NCBI GenBank assembly: GCA_002269645.1
Contig: NIVC01000943.1
Location: forward strand, 19,845 to 83,844
Length of the DNA stretch: 64,000 bases
Source: Macrostomum lignano
Lineage: Eukaryota
Reading direction: 5' to 3'
This document shows, in pieces, positions 40,844-54,800 of this stretch (positions are counted from its first letter, which is position 1; every line of letters begins with the position of its first letter). Below the pieces are notes generated by a model. That model saw nothing but the letters and a program-made list of their open reading frames with translations. It was not told the origin of the DNA and ran no database searches. The position numbers were made by a program, and so were the translations under genes.

Positions 40844-42390
40844 TTGGTTTTGACAATTAATATGAGAAGATGGACAATCAAAATGAAAACAGCCGTAGAT
40901 CTGCATGCAGAAGCTCAGCGCAGCTTTGCAGCAGCTGCGGCTTAGGCCATAGACTTTTTTGACGATCGAAATGAGAATTGGTCAATCAAAATGGCAACGC
41001 GCAGTTAGTTTAGCGAGGCAGCACATTTAAGCATTAGCCAGCCATCTTTCTCAGCCATCTCTCTAGTTTGCTGGTAATAGCACCACATGTGAGTCCAGAG
41101 GACCGACGTCGGCTCATCGAGGCAATAGATCGAGGCACACCGGTTAAGGACGCAGCAATAATCCTTCAGCTATCAAGTTCAACTGCTCATCGCATCGTGA
41201 GGCTGTACAGGAATGAGGGAAGGATAGACAGTATGCCTCGTGGAGGCCGAAAAAAAGCAAGGTGCAAGGTGGATGAGGAGATTCGTGAATTTCTGGAAGC
41301 AGAGGTGAACCGCAACCCCTTCCTCACCCTGAGCGAGATGGCACAGCGGGTCAACAACCATTTCTTCGACAAACTGGACATCTCGTACAGAAGTGTGGAC
41401 AGAATTCTACAGGGATTGATGTACACAGTTAAGCTGGCCACCAAGGGCACGGATGTGCGCTCGAGAACGAACAGCCAGGAGAACATTGAGGCTCGGTGAG
41501 AGTACGCATAGTTCGTGCTGAACTTGGACCCTGCAGTACGATTGGTATTTCTCCATGAAACGGGCTTCAATTTGTGGACCAGACGATCGCAGGGTCGCAG
41601 CCTGAAGAGGTGAGGCGAAGGGTCACAACGCAGCGCGGACCAAATGTGATTGTTTGCATGGCGATAGCCGATGAGTTTGGCCTCGTGCACTCGTCGGTGT
41701 TCCGAGGAGGCCAGACGAACGCCAGATTTCAGATCTTCATCGACGAACTGAACTGTGGCTTCGTGGCTTGTCGTGATGGACGGTCCGCATTTCCATCGAG
41801 CAGCGCGCATTCCGCAACATCTGCAGCACGCTGTGTCCATCCGCATTCTTCTGGGATATTCACCTTTTCTGAACCCTTCGGAATTCGCCAACAGTTGCCT
41901 CAAGGCCAAGATCAAAAGCAGACTGGCGCAGCCTGACATCGTTGAGGAAGAGGCAGTTGCCCCAGAAGGCATGAACCAGGAAGAGTGGCGTTACATGCTG
42001 CTGGAGAGAGTGGCACGTGAGTCACTGCCTGAAGCCGTGACTCCGGACAAGGCAGCTGCGTAGGAATTGCGCTGCTTCCGTCATCTTGGACGCTGCCTTG
42101 CTGGGCAGGAGTTCTGAACCTATGCTGTTGGACTGCTGTGTTTCCATCTTTTTTCTGACTGTGTTGCCATTTCTGTTGTTAATTTCTTGCTTCTATTGTT
42201 AAATTTTCATTTAAATAAACGTTCACACTGCTCCCGTTGCCATTTTGATTGACCAATTCTCATTTCGATCGTCAAAAAAGTCTATCGCCTAAGCCGCAGC
42301 TGCTGCGAAGCTGAGCTGAGCTGCTGCATGCAGATCTACGGCTGTTTTCATTTTGATTGTCCATCTTCTCATATTGATTGTCAAAACGAA
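40844..42390 (+). mobile_element. IS630/Tc1-mariner-like DNA transposon, 1547 bp, inactivated transposase
   Basis: 156-bp imperfect TIRs (40844-40999 / 42235-42390) with TA on both flanks. HTH region (..STAHRIVRLYRNEG..PRGGR..) and DDE remnants FLHETGFN, VMDG, YSPFLNPSE. In-frame TGA/TAG and frameshifts. Confidence 0.92.
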
Positions 42391-42689
42391 TATTATAATG
42401 ACAGGCACCATTTTTTATTGTTTAAATCAGAAAATACTTTTCGACCATAGACAATTTATTTTCATATGTTTCTAAACATATCGGCACACCTAATTACATA
42501 TATTCCCAGGCTCTACTGGTCCGGTGCTTGTGTTCGAATCCATCATTAACAAATTTTGCAAGGGACTGCTCGGCTGGGATTATCTATCATTCAGACTGTG
42601 GATTGGAATCTGGATATTTGTCATATTGCTGCTGTTTGTGGCATTCGACTTGAGCGCCCTGGTTAAGTGAGTCGCTGGCACTTTAAGTC

Positions 42690-43505
42690 AGATTGCGTCA
42701 CATGATCCAGTCAGATTGCGTCACATGATCCAGTCAGGTTGTGTCAGACAATCCAGTCAGGTTGTGTCAGACAATCCAGTCAGGTTGTGTCAGACAATCC
42801 AGTCAGGTTGTGTCAGACAATCCAGTCAGGTTGTGTCAGACAATCCAGTCAGGTTGTGTCAGACAATCCAGTCAGGTTGTGTCAGACAATCCAGTCAGAT
42901 TGTGTCAGACAGTCTAGTCAGATATTGTGTCAGACAGTCCAGTCAGATTGTGTCAGACAGTCCAGTCAGATTGTGTCAGACAGTGCAGTCAGATTGTGTC
43001 AGACAGTGCAGTCAGATATTGTGTCAGACAGTGCAGTCAGATATTGTGTCAGACAATCCAGTCAGGTTGTGTCAGACAATCCAGTTAGATTGTGTCAGAC
43101 AGTCCAGTCAGGTTGTGTCAGACAATCCAGTCAGGTTGTGTCAGACAATCCAGTCAGGTTGTGTCAGACAATCCAGTCAGATTGTGTCAGACAGTCTAGT
43201 CAGATATTGTGTCAGACAGTCCAGTCAGATATTGTGTCAGACAGTCCAGTCAGATATTGTGTCAGACAATCCAGTCAGATTGTGTCAGACAATCCAGTCA
43301 GGTTGTGTCAGACAATCCAGTCAGGTTGTGTCAGACAGTCCAGTCAGATTGTGTTAGACAATCCAGTCAGATATTGTGTCAGACAATCCAGTCAGGTTGT
43401 GTCAGACAGTCCAGTCAGATTGTGTCAGACAGTCCAGTCAGATATTGTGTCAGACAGTCCAGTCAGATATTGTGTCAGACAGTCCAGTCAGATTGTGTCA
43501 GACAA
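42690..43505. repeat. ~23-bp minisatellite (gtcagacaatccagtcaggttgt) in an SLC4 intron; copy at ~52065-52858
   Basis: Directly visible. Confidence 0.95.
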
Positions 43506-44454
43506 TGGAGCAGGCCCTATTCTAATCCTCAGGTACATCACCCGTTTCACGGAGGAGTCCTTCGCCAGCCTGATAGCTCTAATCTTCATCATCGAGGCCT
43601 TCAAGAAGCTGAGCAACATTCTGAAAGCCTACCCAGTGAATTCCAATTGGCATCCCACTTACACGCCGAGCCTGACTTGCACCTGCGAGCTGAAGCCCGG
43701 ATTCAACAGGTCGCAGCCGCTATCGCAGGGTCAGCACCTGCGCATTCCCAGCTACTACGACTCGGACGGGCTCTACTACGTGAACCACTCTGCCATCCCC
43801 TACTATGACTGGGGCTGGTACGAGAACAAGAAGCTGTGCAGCTCGCATGATGGCCAGTGGGTTGGCAGCGGCTGCAATCAATTCGCTGTGCCCGACGTAT
43901 TCTTCTTCTCCTGCCTGCTCAGCATTGGCATTTTTGTGCTCAGCTACGGACTCAAGCTAATGAGAAACTCGCCATTCTTTCCTAATCGAGTTCGAGCGCT
44001 TATTAGCGATTTCACCGTCATGCTGGCCATTGTCGCCATGACTGTCCTCGACCTGCTTGTCGGCTTGCAGACGCCGAAGCTGCACGTGCCTGAGACCTTC
44101 TCGCCAACGCTGGGCTACGAGACTTGGGGCTGGATTGTGCCAGGAACCAGAATCCCTTGTACTCCATCCCACTGGCACTGCTACCCGCCCTGCTGGCCAC
44201 CATCCTGATTTTCATGGACCAGCAGATCACGGCTGTCATCGTCAACCGCAAGGAGAACAAGCTGAAGAAGGGGCTCGGCTATCACCTGGACCTGCTCATT
44301 ATGGCCCTGCTGATTGGTATCAACTCCATATTGGGCATTCCCTGGTTTGTGGCCGCCACCGTGCTGTCAATCAATCATGCAATAGCGCTGAAGATCGAGA
44401 GCGAGACAAGCGCGCCCGGCGAGAGACCCAAGTTTCTGGGCTGCCGGTGAGTCA

Positions 44455-44755
44455 ACTGTCAGACTAATGGCTCACCTGTCAGACTGATGCCTCACCTGTT
44501 AGACTGATGCCTCACCTGTTAGACTAATGCCTCACCTGTTAGACTAGTTAATGCCTCACCTGTTGGACTAGTGAATGCCCCACCTGTTGGACTAGTTAAT
44601 GCCTCATCTGTTAGACTAGTCGATGCCTCACCTGTTGGACTAGTTAATGCCTCACCTGTTAGACTAGTCGATGCCTCACCTGTTAGACTATTTAATACCT
44701 CACCTGTTAGACTATTTAATACCTCACCTGTTAGACTACTGGCTCACCTGTTAGA
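44455..44755. repeat. ~22-25-bp minisatellite (gcctcacctgttagact..) in an SLC4 intron; copy at ~53808-54108
   Basis: Directly visible. Confidence 0.92.
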
Positions 44756-45256
44756 CTAAAATATTGTATGATTGCAATGAGACCCGTTGATAGACGTGCT
44801 CAATACGAACTCACTGTGATTTATTGCTCCGCAGCGAGAACCGAGTCACCGGCTTCCTGATCTTCTTGCTCATCGGCCTGTCGGGTTCCTGACGCCGGTG
44901 CTGAAGCACATTCCCATGCCTGTGCTGTACGGAGTGTTCCTGTTCATGGGCATCTCCAGCCTGAGGGGTGTGCAGCTGGTGCAGCGTGTGGGCCTGATGT
45001 TCATGCCGCAGAAGTACCAGCCCGACTACATCTTCCTCAGGTGAGACTTGGCTGCATTATTCATCAAAGATTATCTCCAAATATTATACCGGACTATCCC
45101 TCAGTCTTTATCCCAGATTATCCCTACTATTTATCCCAGATTATCCCCACTCTTTATCCCAGATGTGCAGTTCTCATCCTCAGATTATCCCCTTATCCCG
45201 CAGGCACGTGAGGATCGCCCAGGTGCACAAGTTCACCATCATCCAGGTGGCCTGTC

Positions 45257-48200
45257 AAAAGTACACGATACTGGAGTTAGCGATGAAGTACTGGAAGGTC
45301 TTACAGATGCATTTGAACTACTGTACAATCCAAACTACTTTGGACACCTAGAATTTGAAGAGCAAATAAAAAAGTTCAAAAGTCGAGATCTCCTTGAAGC
45401 AAAATTGTACAAAACAGCCCTTAAAGCATTCGGCAATCAGCGATTTGTTCGGGAGCGCCTAGCGAAAGACAATGGAAGAAAACGAGTATTCGTTGCTCAG
45501 CCACTGTCTGAACTCCGCGGCTTTGATTCATTTTCATCAGTGTCTTGCCTTCCTAAAATCAGCAGTGACTCTAGGAACGCAGACTCTTCAGAATCCGATG
45601 CAGCCACGGCAGAGCTCGAGGATCCGGCGGCACAAGAGATGTCAAGATATCAACAGTGGCTGAAGAAGCGCCAAGTGCAACATCGGGACTTGGAGCGCAT
45701 GGGAGACGTTGAGCGCTACCTCCGAGGCAAGGGCGGCCAGCTGTCCAGCATGGAGAGGGCCACCCTTCACAAAATCGAGGAGAGCCGTCGGCCAAAAGAA
45801 GTTGAGCAGGTGGTCGAGGAGGCGGCCGAGGTCCGCACGCGCCCGCCCTCCAAAGTGTCGGTAAAGCGGCCGTCCCCGCTGGCGCTCTTTATCATCGATG
45901 GCGAGCTACGCAAGCGGAAGCTGCGCCTGTCGGACCTGTTCACCAGCATCGACAAGGACAAGGACTGGCTGCTGACCCGGGACGAGTTCCGCAAGGCGAT
46001 GCGGCAGAACCGCGTGCCACTGCCGGAGCCGCTGCTGGAGGACATGATCATCACCCTGGACCAGGACAACAACAACCAGCTGGACTACCGGGAGCTCGCC
46101 CAGGGACTCGAGCAGTACAGGCGCGAACGGCGCTCGCCGGAGTTTCTAGCGCTGCTGTCGGAGGAGTCGAACCAGTTCCTGCTAGCCAGGGGCGCCGACA
46201 CCACCGGCGCCTCGTCGCCGTCCGAAGGCGACGCTGCCGAGTCGCCAAGCGGCGACGGCGCCGGCGCCCGCAGCCCAGACTCGGCAACCGCCGGCGGCCC
46301 CGCCGGTTCCGCCACTGCAGCAACCGCGTCCGGTGCCGAGTCGCAGTTGTCAACCCTGCGGCCTGGTGAATTCGACACCTCGCAGGTGCCGAGCGTGGGA
46401 ATACCCCTGTTAGGCATGGAATACCCCTGTTAGGCATGAAATACCCCTGTTAGACATGGAAATAGCTCCTATTAGATATGACGCCTAAAAAAAGACTCAG
46501 CTTAGCCAACTCTCAATATCTCAGCAAAAATTCGAACCCCGCACCGCTCCAGGAGCGCTACTCGGTGAACAACGCGGAGGCCTCGGCGGAGCTGCGCAGG
46601 CGGGACCGGGTCGCCCTGCGCTACATGCGCAAAGGCCGCAATCGGGGCGAGGAATTCCGCTCGATGGTGAAAACCTTCGACCGCGACATCGACGATCACG
46701 TGACACCGTCCAGCCTGCCGGAGCGCCCGCTGGCCGAGCAGGTGGACGCCTACAGACAGCGGCAGCTGCGCGAGTTCATGTCCATTGTGGAGGCGTGCAA
46801 GGAGCGGGGCGTGGTGTTCTCCGAGCGGCTCTGCCGGCGGGTCTTCCTGCACCCGGCGGACCGCACCAGGAAGCAGATCGGCCAGCAGGTGAGTCCGCCT
46901 GGGAGCTGCTGAGCTGCGCATGGCTTTGAGCACACTGCTCAGGAATCTCGTCTCCTGTTTACATTAATTTAGTTCTCGCCTCACCATGAAACCATCCGTA
47001 GATTTCGAATCGACAGTGAAGGTAAACTTTTTTCGTTTTAACAAAAACGACTTCACAGTAAGCTAAGAAGACTCACAAAACACTTTTAAAAACGGTCCCA
47101 GCTTCACGACCCCTATCACCCCTCACCCTTCATCCTAAGCTCACTCCTCACCCTCCGTCACCCAAAGCTCACATCTCACCCTCCATCATCAAGCTCACAT
47201 CTCACCCTCCATCATCAAGCTCACTTCTCACCCTCCATCATCAAGCTCACATCTCACCCTCCATCATCAAGCTCACCTCGCACCCTCCATCATCAAGCTC
47301 ACTTCTCACCCTCCATCATCAAGCTCACTTCTCACCCTCCATCATCTCAAGCTCACCTCGCACCCTCCATCATCTCAAGCTCACCTCGCACCCTCCATCA
47401 TCTCAAGCTCACATCTCACCCTCCATCACCCCAAGCTCACTTCTCACCCTCGGTTACCTAAACCTCACCCTCGGCCTTTCTCAACTCAACTTTATTCCAA
47501 CTTCCAAACGTTCCTCAGGTGGCGCCCCCGGGTTCGAATCCCAGCGAGCTGCCGTCCAGCGCTGTGCTGCCGCCCGGCCAGCGGGCCACCCTCGCCGCTG
47601 CTGCTGGAGGTCGTCGAGGCGGCGACCCTGGCGTGGTCGGAGTCGCAAGCGGCGGCGCTATCGGCAGCGGCGCGCCATGGTGGCGCCAGGGCGGAGGCAG
47701 CAGCGGTGGCGGAGGCGGCGGCGGAGGCGGCGGTGGAGGCGGCGGCGGCGGCGGTCGCGCCAGCAATATGGCGCGGCTCAGACGGGCTTTGCCGACCCAG
47801 CGCGACCTGCTGGTTGACGACGACGACGCCGAAGTCGAGCTGCCGACCGGCACGGCGATGGTGCGGCGGAAAGTCGACTGTTGGCTGACGTTTGAGGAGT
47901 TCCAGCGACTCACCGACAAGATCGACTATTCGAGACAGGTGGGAAAGCCGGGTGACCCTGTCTAACAGCCGTGATGACCCTGTCTAACAGTGTGATGACC
48001 CTGTCTAACAGTGTGATGACCCTGTCTAACAGTGTGATGACCCTGTCTAACAGTGTGATGACCCTGTCTAACAGCCGTGATGACCCTGTCTAACAGCCGT
48101 GATGACCCTGTCTAACAGCCGTGATGACCCTGTCTAACAGTGTGATGACCCTGTCTAACAGTGTGATGACCCTGTCTAACAGCCGTGATGACCCTGTCTA

Positions 48201-48876
48201 ACAGTATGATGACCCTGTCTAACAGTGTGATGACCCTGTCTAACAGCCGTGATGACCCTGTCTAACAGTGTGATGACCATGTTTAACAGTGTGATGACCC
48301 TGTCTAACAGTGTGATGACCATGTTTAACAGTGTGATGACCCTGTCTAACAGTGTGATGACCCTGTCTAACAGTATGATGACCCTGTCTAACAGTGTGAT
48401 GACCATGTTTAACAGTGTGATGACCCTGTCTAACAGTCGTGATGACCCTGTCTAACAGTGTGATGACCCTGTCTAACAGTGTGATGACCATGTTTAACAG
48501 TGTGATGACCCTGTCTAACAGCCGTTTAAACAGCAGTTTAATCAGCTAGGGGGGTTCCAATCCAAGAACTGTCGACAGTCCTTGTCCAACTCCGCAGGCG
48601 CATCTCCGTGGACCCCGCAAGGATGCTTTCTGGCCGGGCCGCCTGGAAGGCCGGGTCCGCCGTTTCCTAGAAAGCGGACTGGACGGCGCCTCCGCCTACG
48701 GGCCGCAGCTGATGTTCCAGGCCACCCAGCCCGCGCGGGGCGGGCGCAGCCACCCCTACCTGCCCAAAGAGAGCTGGCCGGTGGTCGGGGGTCACGTGAC
48801 CTACGGCTCCATCGACCCGACGCTGGCGCACGAGATCACGGGGCCTCGGCGGCTGCAGCAGAAACTGGCGCACTAG
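45257..48876 (+). pseudogene. EFCAB12-like copy 2, lacking the first ~41 codons and the promoter; exons 45257-46385, 46553-46888, 47519-47938, 48598-48876
   Basis: Near-identical to copy 1 from KVHDTGVS onward. The last exon is in frame (279 nt, ends QKLAH*). Confidence 0.8.
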
Positions 48877-50219
48877 ACTGACTGGAGACTCCAGAAAATT
48901 TTGTGCTGCTCAGCCATCATGCTGCTGCCAATCTCGCTTTCACTTAATTTGCATGTTTCACTCAAGTGTTTTCATCGAATTTTCGGATGATCTGCTTTGA
49001 TTCCGTGCATGCCTTCCCATTGTACACATGCTCTAATATATTGCAACAATCAGCTTTAATCTGTAAGTGGCCGCTCAGACTTAATAAAGTCATTACCTAC
49101 GAAGCAAAACTGTGAATGAGCAGGATGGGGCATGAGCAGGATGGGGCATGAGCAGGATGGGGCATGAGCAGGATGGGGAATGAGCAGGATGGGGAATGAG
49201 CAGGATGGGGCATGAGCAGGATGGGGCATGAGCAGGATGGGGAATGAGCAGGATGGGGAATGAGCAGGATGGGGAATGAGCAGGATGGGGAATGAGCAGG
49301 ATGGGGAATGAGCAGGATGGGGAATAAGCAGGATGGGGAATGAGCAGGCTGGGGAATGAGCAGGATGGGGAATGAGCAGGATGGGGAATGAGCAGGATGG
49401 GGAATAAGCAGGATGAGGAATGAGCAGTGGGATAGGCCGGGGGATGAGCAGGGAATGAGTAGGGGGATGAGTAGGGGAATGAGCATGGGAAGGAGCAGGG
49501 GAATGAGCAGGGGAATTATCAGGGGAATGAGCATGGGAAGGAGCAGGGGAATGAGCAGGGAAAATATCAGGGGAATGAGCAGGGCAATGAGCAGGGGAAT
49601 GAGCAGGGGAATGATCAGGGGAATGAGCAGAGAAATGAGCAGGGTGAATAGCAGGGGAATGAACAGGGGAATGATCAGGGGAATGAGCAGGGGAATGAGC
49701 AGGGGAATGAGCAGGGCAAATATCAGGGGAATGAGCAGGGGAATGAGCAGGGGAATGAGCAGGGCAAATATCAGGGCAATGAGCAGGGGAATGAGCAGGG
49801 GAATGATCAGGGGAATGATCAGGGGAATGAGCAGAGAAATGTGCAGGGTGAATAGCAGGGGAATGAACAGGGGAATGATCAGGGGAATGAGCAGAGAAAT
49901 GAGCAAGGTGAATAGCAGGGTGACAAGAAGGGTTATGAACATGAAGTGCTGGAGTTGTTATGCCCATGGATGAATAATATAACTGGATCGCCAGAAGCTC
50001 GATTTTTTGGTCCTAGCCATAGACAAGCAGCAGCATCACAAGAAGCTCAGAATGCCGTACTTTCACACATGTTCTGTAAATTGCCCGTGATCAGTGCTTC
50101 GTAAAATTGGCCCTGCAGCTAAATGACAACTGAAAATAGACTTTTTTGCCTTTTGTGATAAAAGTTCTATGAACAAATTGTATTGTTATTCATTGTATAT
50201 ATACATATACGTAAGAGTA

Positions 50220-51766
50220 TTGGTTTTGACAATTAATATGAGAAGATGGACAATCAAAATGAAAACAGCCGTAGATCTGCATGCAGAAGCTCAGCGCAGC
50301 TTTGCAGCAGCTGCGGCTTAGGCCATAGACTTTTTTGACGATCGAAATGAGAATTGGTCAATCAAAATGGCAACGCGCAGTTAGTTTAGCGAGGCAGCAC
50401 ATTTAAGCATTAGCCAGCCATCTTTCTCAGCCATCTCTCTAGTTTGCTGGTAATAGCACCACATGTGAGTCCAGAGGACCGACGTCGGCTCATCGAGGCA
50501 ATAGATCGAGGCACACCGGTTAAGGACGCAGCAATAATCCTTCAGCTATCAAGTTCAACTGCTCATCGCATCGTGAGGCTGTACAGGAATGAGGGAAGGA
50601 TAGACAGTATGCCTCGTGGAGGCCGAAAAAAAGCAAGGTGCAAGGTGGATGAGGAGATTCGTGAATTTCTGGAAGCAGAGGTGAACCGCAACCCCTTCCT
50701 CACCCTGAGCGAGATGGCACAGCGGGTCAACAACCATTTCTTCGACAAACTGGACATCTCGTACAGAAGTGTGGACAGAATTCTACAGGGATTGATGTAC
50801 ACAGTTAAGCTGGCCACCAAGGGCACGGATGTGCGCTCGAGAACGAACAGCCAGGAGAACATTGAGGCTCGGTGAGAGTACGCATAGTTCGTGCTGAACT
50901 TGGACCCTGCAGTACGATTGGTATTTCTCCATGAAACGGGCTTCAATTTGTGGACCAGACGATCGCAGGGTCGCAGCCTGAAGAGGTGAGGCGAAGGGTC
51001 ACAACGCAGCGCGGACCAAATGTGATTGTTTGCATGGCGATAGCCGATGAGTTTGGCCTCGTGCACTCGTCGGTGTTCCGAGGAGGCCAGACGAACGCCA
51101 GATTTCAGATCTTCATCGACGAACTGAACTGTGGCTTCGTGGCTTGTCGTGATGGACGGTCCGCATTTCCATCGAGCAGCGCGCATTCCGCAACATCTGC
51201 AGCACGCTGTGTCCATCCGCATTCTTCTGGGATATTCACCTTTTCTGAACCCTTCGGAATTCGCCAACAGTTGCCTCAAGGCCAAGATCAAAAGCAGACT
51301 GGCGCAGCCTGACATCGTTGAGGAAGAGGCAGTTGCCCCAGAAGGCATGAACCAGGAAGAGTGGCGTTACATGCTGCTGGAGAGAGTGGCACGTGAGTCA
51401 CTGCCTGAAGCCGTGACTCCGGACAAGGCAGCTGCGTAGGAATTGCGCTGCTTCCGTCATCTTGGACGCTGCCTTGCTGGGCAGGAGTTCTGAACCTATG
51501 CTGTTGGACTGCTGTGTTTCCATCTTTTTTCTGACTGTGTTGCCATTTCTGTTGTTAATTTCTTGCTTCTATTGTTAAATTTTCATTTAAATAAACGTTC
51601 ACACTGCTCCCGTTGCCATTTTGATTGACCAATTCTCATTTCGATCGTCAAAAAAGTCTATCGCCTAAGCCGCAGCTGCTGCGAAGCTGAGCTGAGCTGC
51701 TGCATGCAGATCTACGGCTGTTTTCATTTTGATTGTCCATCTTCTCATATTGATTGTCAAAACGAA
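50220..51766 (+). mobile_element. Duplicate of the IS630/Tc1-like element, copied by the segmental duplication
   Basis: Same TIRs, TA flanks and lesions at offset 9376. Confidence 0.92.
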
Positions 51767-51885
51767 TATTATAATGACAGGCACCATTTTTTATTGTTTA
51801 AATCAGAAAATACTTTTCGACCATAGACAATTTATTTTCATATGTTTCTAAACATATCGGCACACCTAATTACATATATTCCCAG

Positions 51886-54800
51886 GCTCTACTGGTCCGG
51901 TGCTTGTGTTCGAATCCATCATTAACAAATTTTGCAAGGGACTGCTCGGCTGGGATTATCTATCATTCAGACTGTGGATTGGAATCTGGATATTTGTCAT
52001 ATTGCTGCTGTTTGTGGCATTCGACTTGAGCGCCCTGGTTAAGTGAGTCGCTGGCACTTTAAGTCAGATTGCGTCACATGATCCAGTCAGATTGCGTCAC
52101 ATGATCCAGTCAGGTTGTGTCAGACAATCCAGTCAGGTTGTGTCAGACAATCCAGTCAGGTTGTGTCAGACAATCCAGTCAGGTTGTGTCAGACAATCCA
52201 GTCAGGTTGTGTCAGACAATCCAGTCAGGTTGTGTCAGACAATCCAGTCAGATTGTGTCAGACAGTCTAGTCAGATATTGTGTCAGACAGTCCAGTCAGA
52301 TTGTGTCAGACAGTCCAGTCAGATTGTGTCAGACAGTGCAGTCAGATTGTGTCAGACAGTGCAGTCAGATATTGTGTCAGACAGTGCAGTCAGATATTGT
52401 GTCAGACAATCCAGTCAGGTTGTGTCAGACAATCCAGTTAGATTGTGTCAGACAGTCCAGTCAGGTTGTGTCAGACAATCCAGTCAGGTTGTGTCAGACA
52501 ATCCAGTCAGGTTGTGTCAGACAATCCAGTCAGATTGTGTCAGACAGTCTAGTCAGATATTGTGTCAGACAGTCCAGTCAGATATTGTGTCAGACAGTCC
52601 AGTCAGATATTGTGTCAGACAATCCAGTCAGATTGTGTCAGACAATCCAGTCAGGTTGTGTCAGACAATCCAGTCAGGTTGTGTCAGACAGTCCAGTCAG
52701 ATTGTGTTAGACAATCCAGTCAGATATTGTGTCAGACAATCCAGTCAGGTTGTGTCAGACAGTCCAGTCAGATTGTGTCAGACAGTCCAGTCAGATATTG
52801 TGTCAGACAGTCCAGTCAGATATTGTGTCAGACAGTCCAGTCAGATTGTGTCAGACAATGGAGCAGGCCCTATTCTAATCCTCAGGTACATCACCCGTTT
52901 CACGGAGGAGTCCTTCGCCAGCCTGATAGCTCTAATCTTCATCATCGAGGCCTTCAAGAAGCTGAGCAACATTCTGAAAGCCTACCCAGTGAATTCCGAT
53001 TGGCATCCCACTTACACGCCGAGCCTGACTTGCACCTGCGAGCTGAAGCCCGGATTCAACAGGTCGCAGCCGCTATCGCAGGGTCAGCACCTGCGCATTC
53101 CCAGCTACTACGACTCGGACGGGCTCTACTACGTGAACCACTCTGCCATCCCCTACTATGACTGGGGCTGGTACGAGAACAAGAAGCTGTGCAGCTCGCA
53201 TGATGGCCAGTGGGTTGGCAGCGGCTGCAATCAATTCGCTGTGCCCGACGTATTCTTCTTCTCCTGCCTGCTCAGCATTGGCATTTTTGTGCTCAGCTAC
53301 GGACTCAAGCTAATGAGAAACTCGCCATTCTTTCCTAATCGAGTTCGAGCGCTTATTAGCGATTTCACCGTCATGCTGGCCATTGTCGCCATGACTGTCC
53401 TCGACCTGCTTGTCGGCTTGCAGACGCCGAAGCTGCACGTGCCTGAGACCTTCTCGCCAACGCTGGGCTACGAGACTTGGGGCTGGATTGTGCCAGGAAC
53501 CAGAATCCCTTGTACTCCATCCCACTGGCACTGCTACCCGCCCTGCTGGCCACCATCCTGATTTTCATGGACCAGCAGATCACGGCTGTCATCGTCAACC
53601 GCAAGGAGAACAAGCTGAAGAAGGGGCTCGGCTATCACCTGGACCTGCTCATTATGGCCCTGCTGATTGGTATCAACTCCATATTGGGCATTCCCTGGTT
53701 TGTGGCCGCCACCGTGCTGTCAATCAATCATGCAATAGCGCTGAAGATCGAGAGCGAGACAAGCGCGCCCGGCGAGAGACCCAAGTTTCTGGGCTGCCGG
53801 TGAGTCAACTGTCAGACTAATGGCTCACCTGTCAGACTGATGCCTCACCTGTTAGACTGATGCCTCACCTGTTAGACTAATGCCTCACCTGTTAGACTAG
53901 TTAATGCCTCACCTGTTGGACTAGTGAATGCCCCACCTGTTGGACTAGTTAATGCCTCATCTGTTAGACTAGTCGATGCCTCACCTGTTGGACTAGTTAA
54001 TGCCTCACCTGTTAGACTAGTCGATGCCTCACCTGTTAGACTATTTAATACCTCACCTGTTAGACTATTTAATACCTCACCTGTTAGACTACTGGCTCAC
54101 CTGTTAGACTAAAATATTGTATGATTGCAATGAGACCCGTTGATAGACGTGCTCAATACGAACTCACTGTGATTTATTGCTCCGCAGCGAGAACCGAGTC
54201 ACCGGCTTCCTGATCTTCTTGCTCATCGGCCTGTCGGGTTCCTGACGCCGGTGCTGAAGCACATTCCCATGCCTGTGCTGTACGGAGTGTTCCTGTTCAT
54301 GGGCATCTCCAGCCTGAGGGGTGTGCAGCTGGTGCAGCGTGTGGGCCTGATGTTCATGCCGCAGAAGTACCAGCCCGACTACATCTTCCTCAGGTGAGAC
54401 TTGGCTGCATTATTCATCAAAGATTATCTCCAAATATTATACCGGACTATCCCTCAGTCTTTATCCCAGATTATCCCTACTATTTATCCCAGATTATCCC
54501 CACTCTTTATCCCAGATGTGCAGTTCTCATCCTCAGATTATCCCCTTATCCCGCAGGCACGTGAGGATCGCCCAGGTGCACAAGTTCACCATCATCCAGG
54601 TGGCCTGTCTGGCGATGCTGTGGGCTGTGAAGGCGATCTCCCAGATCTCCATCCTGTTCCCAATCATGGTGCTGGCAATGTGCTTTGTTCGCTGGGCCCT
54701 GAACTACATGTTCACCAGACACGAGCTGAAGTGGCTGGACGATATCATGCCGCCCATAACTCTCTGCCAGTCTTGCAAGCCCGGCTCAGCCAGTGAGTCC

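Larger units (their letters stand above)
42510..45256 (+). pseudogene. SLC4: SLC4-family bicarbonate transporter fragment, copy 1 (5'-less, frameshifted, cut at the duplication junction); exons 42510-42666, 43533-44446, 44835-45040, 45204-45256
   Basis: [50 protein letters not shown] motifs. Frame breaks near 44140 (WGWIVP/NQNP) and near 44885 (IGLS/FLTP). Confidence 0.88.
35625..54609 (+). repeat. Direct tandem segmental duplication: unit 1 = 35625/6-45256, unit 2 = 45257-54609
   Basis: The same exons, transposon and minisatellites recur at offsets of 9631, then ~9374-9376, then 9353. The junction gtggcctgtc|aaaagtacac at 45256/45257 has a 1-nt (C) microhomology. Confidence 0.96.

Noticed and set aside
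45048-46433. 461-aa ORF that looks like an in-frame SLC4/EF-hand fusion protein
   Set aside because: Its N-terminus is intron sequence plus the SLC4 exon read in the wrong frame. The true SLC4 frame stops at 45351.
50220-51766. Second independent transposition of the Tc1-like element
   Set aside because: Flanks and inactivating lesions are identical to copy 1, so it was copied passively by the segmental duplication.
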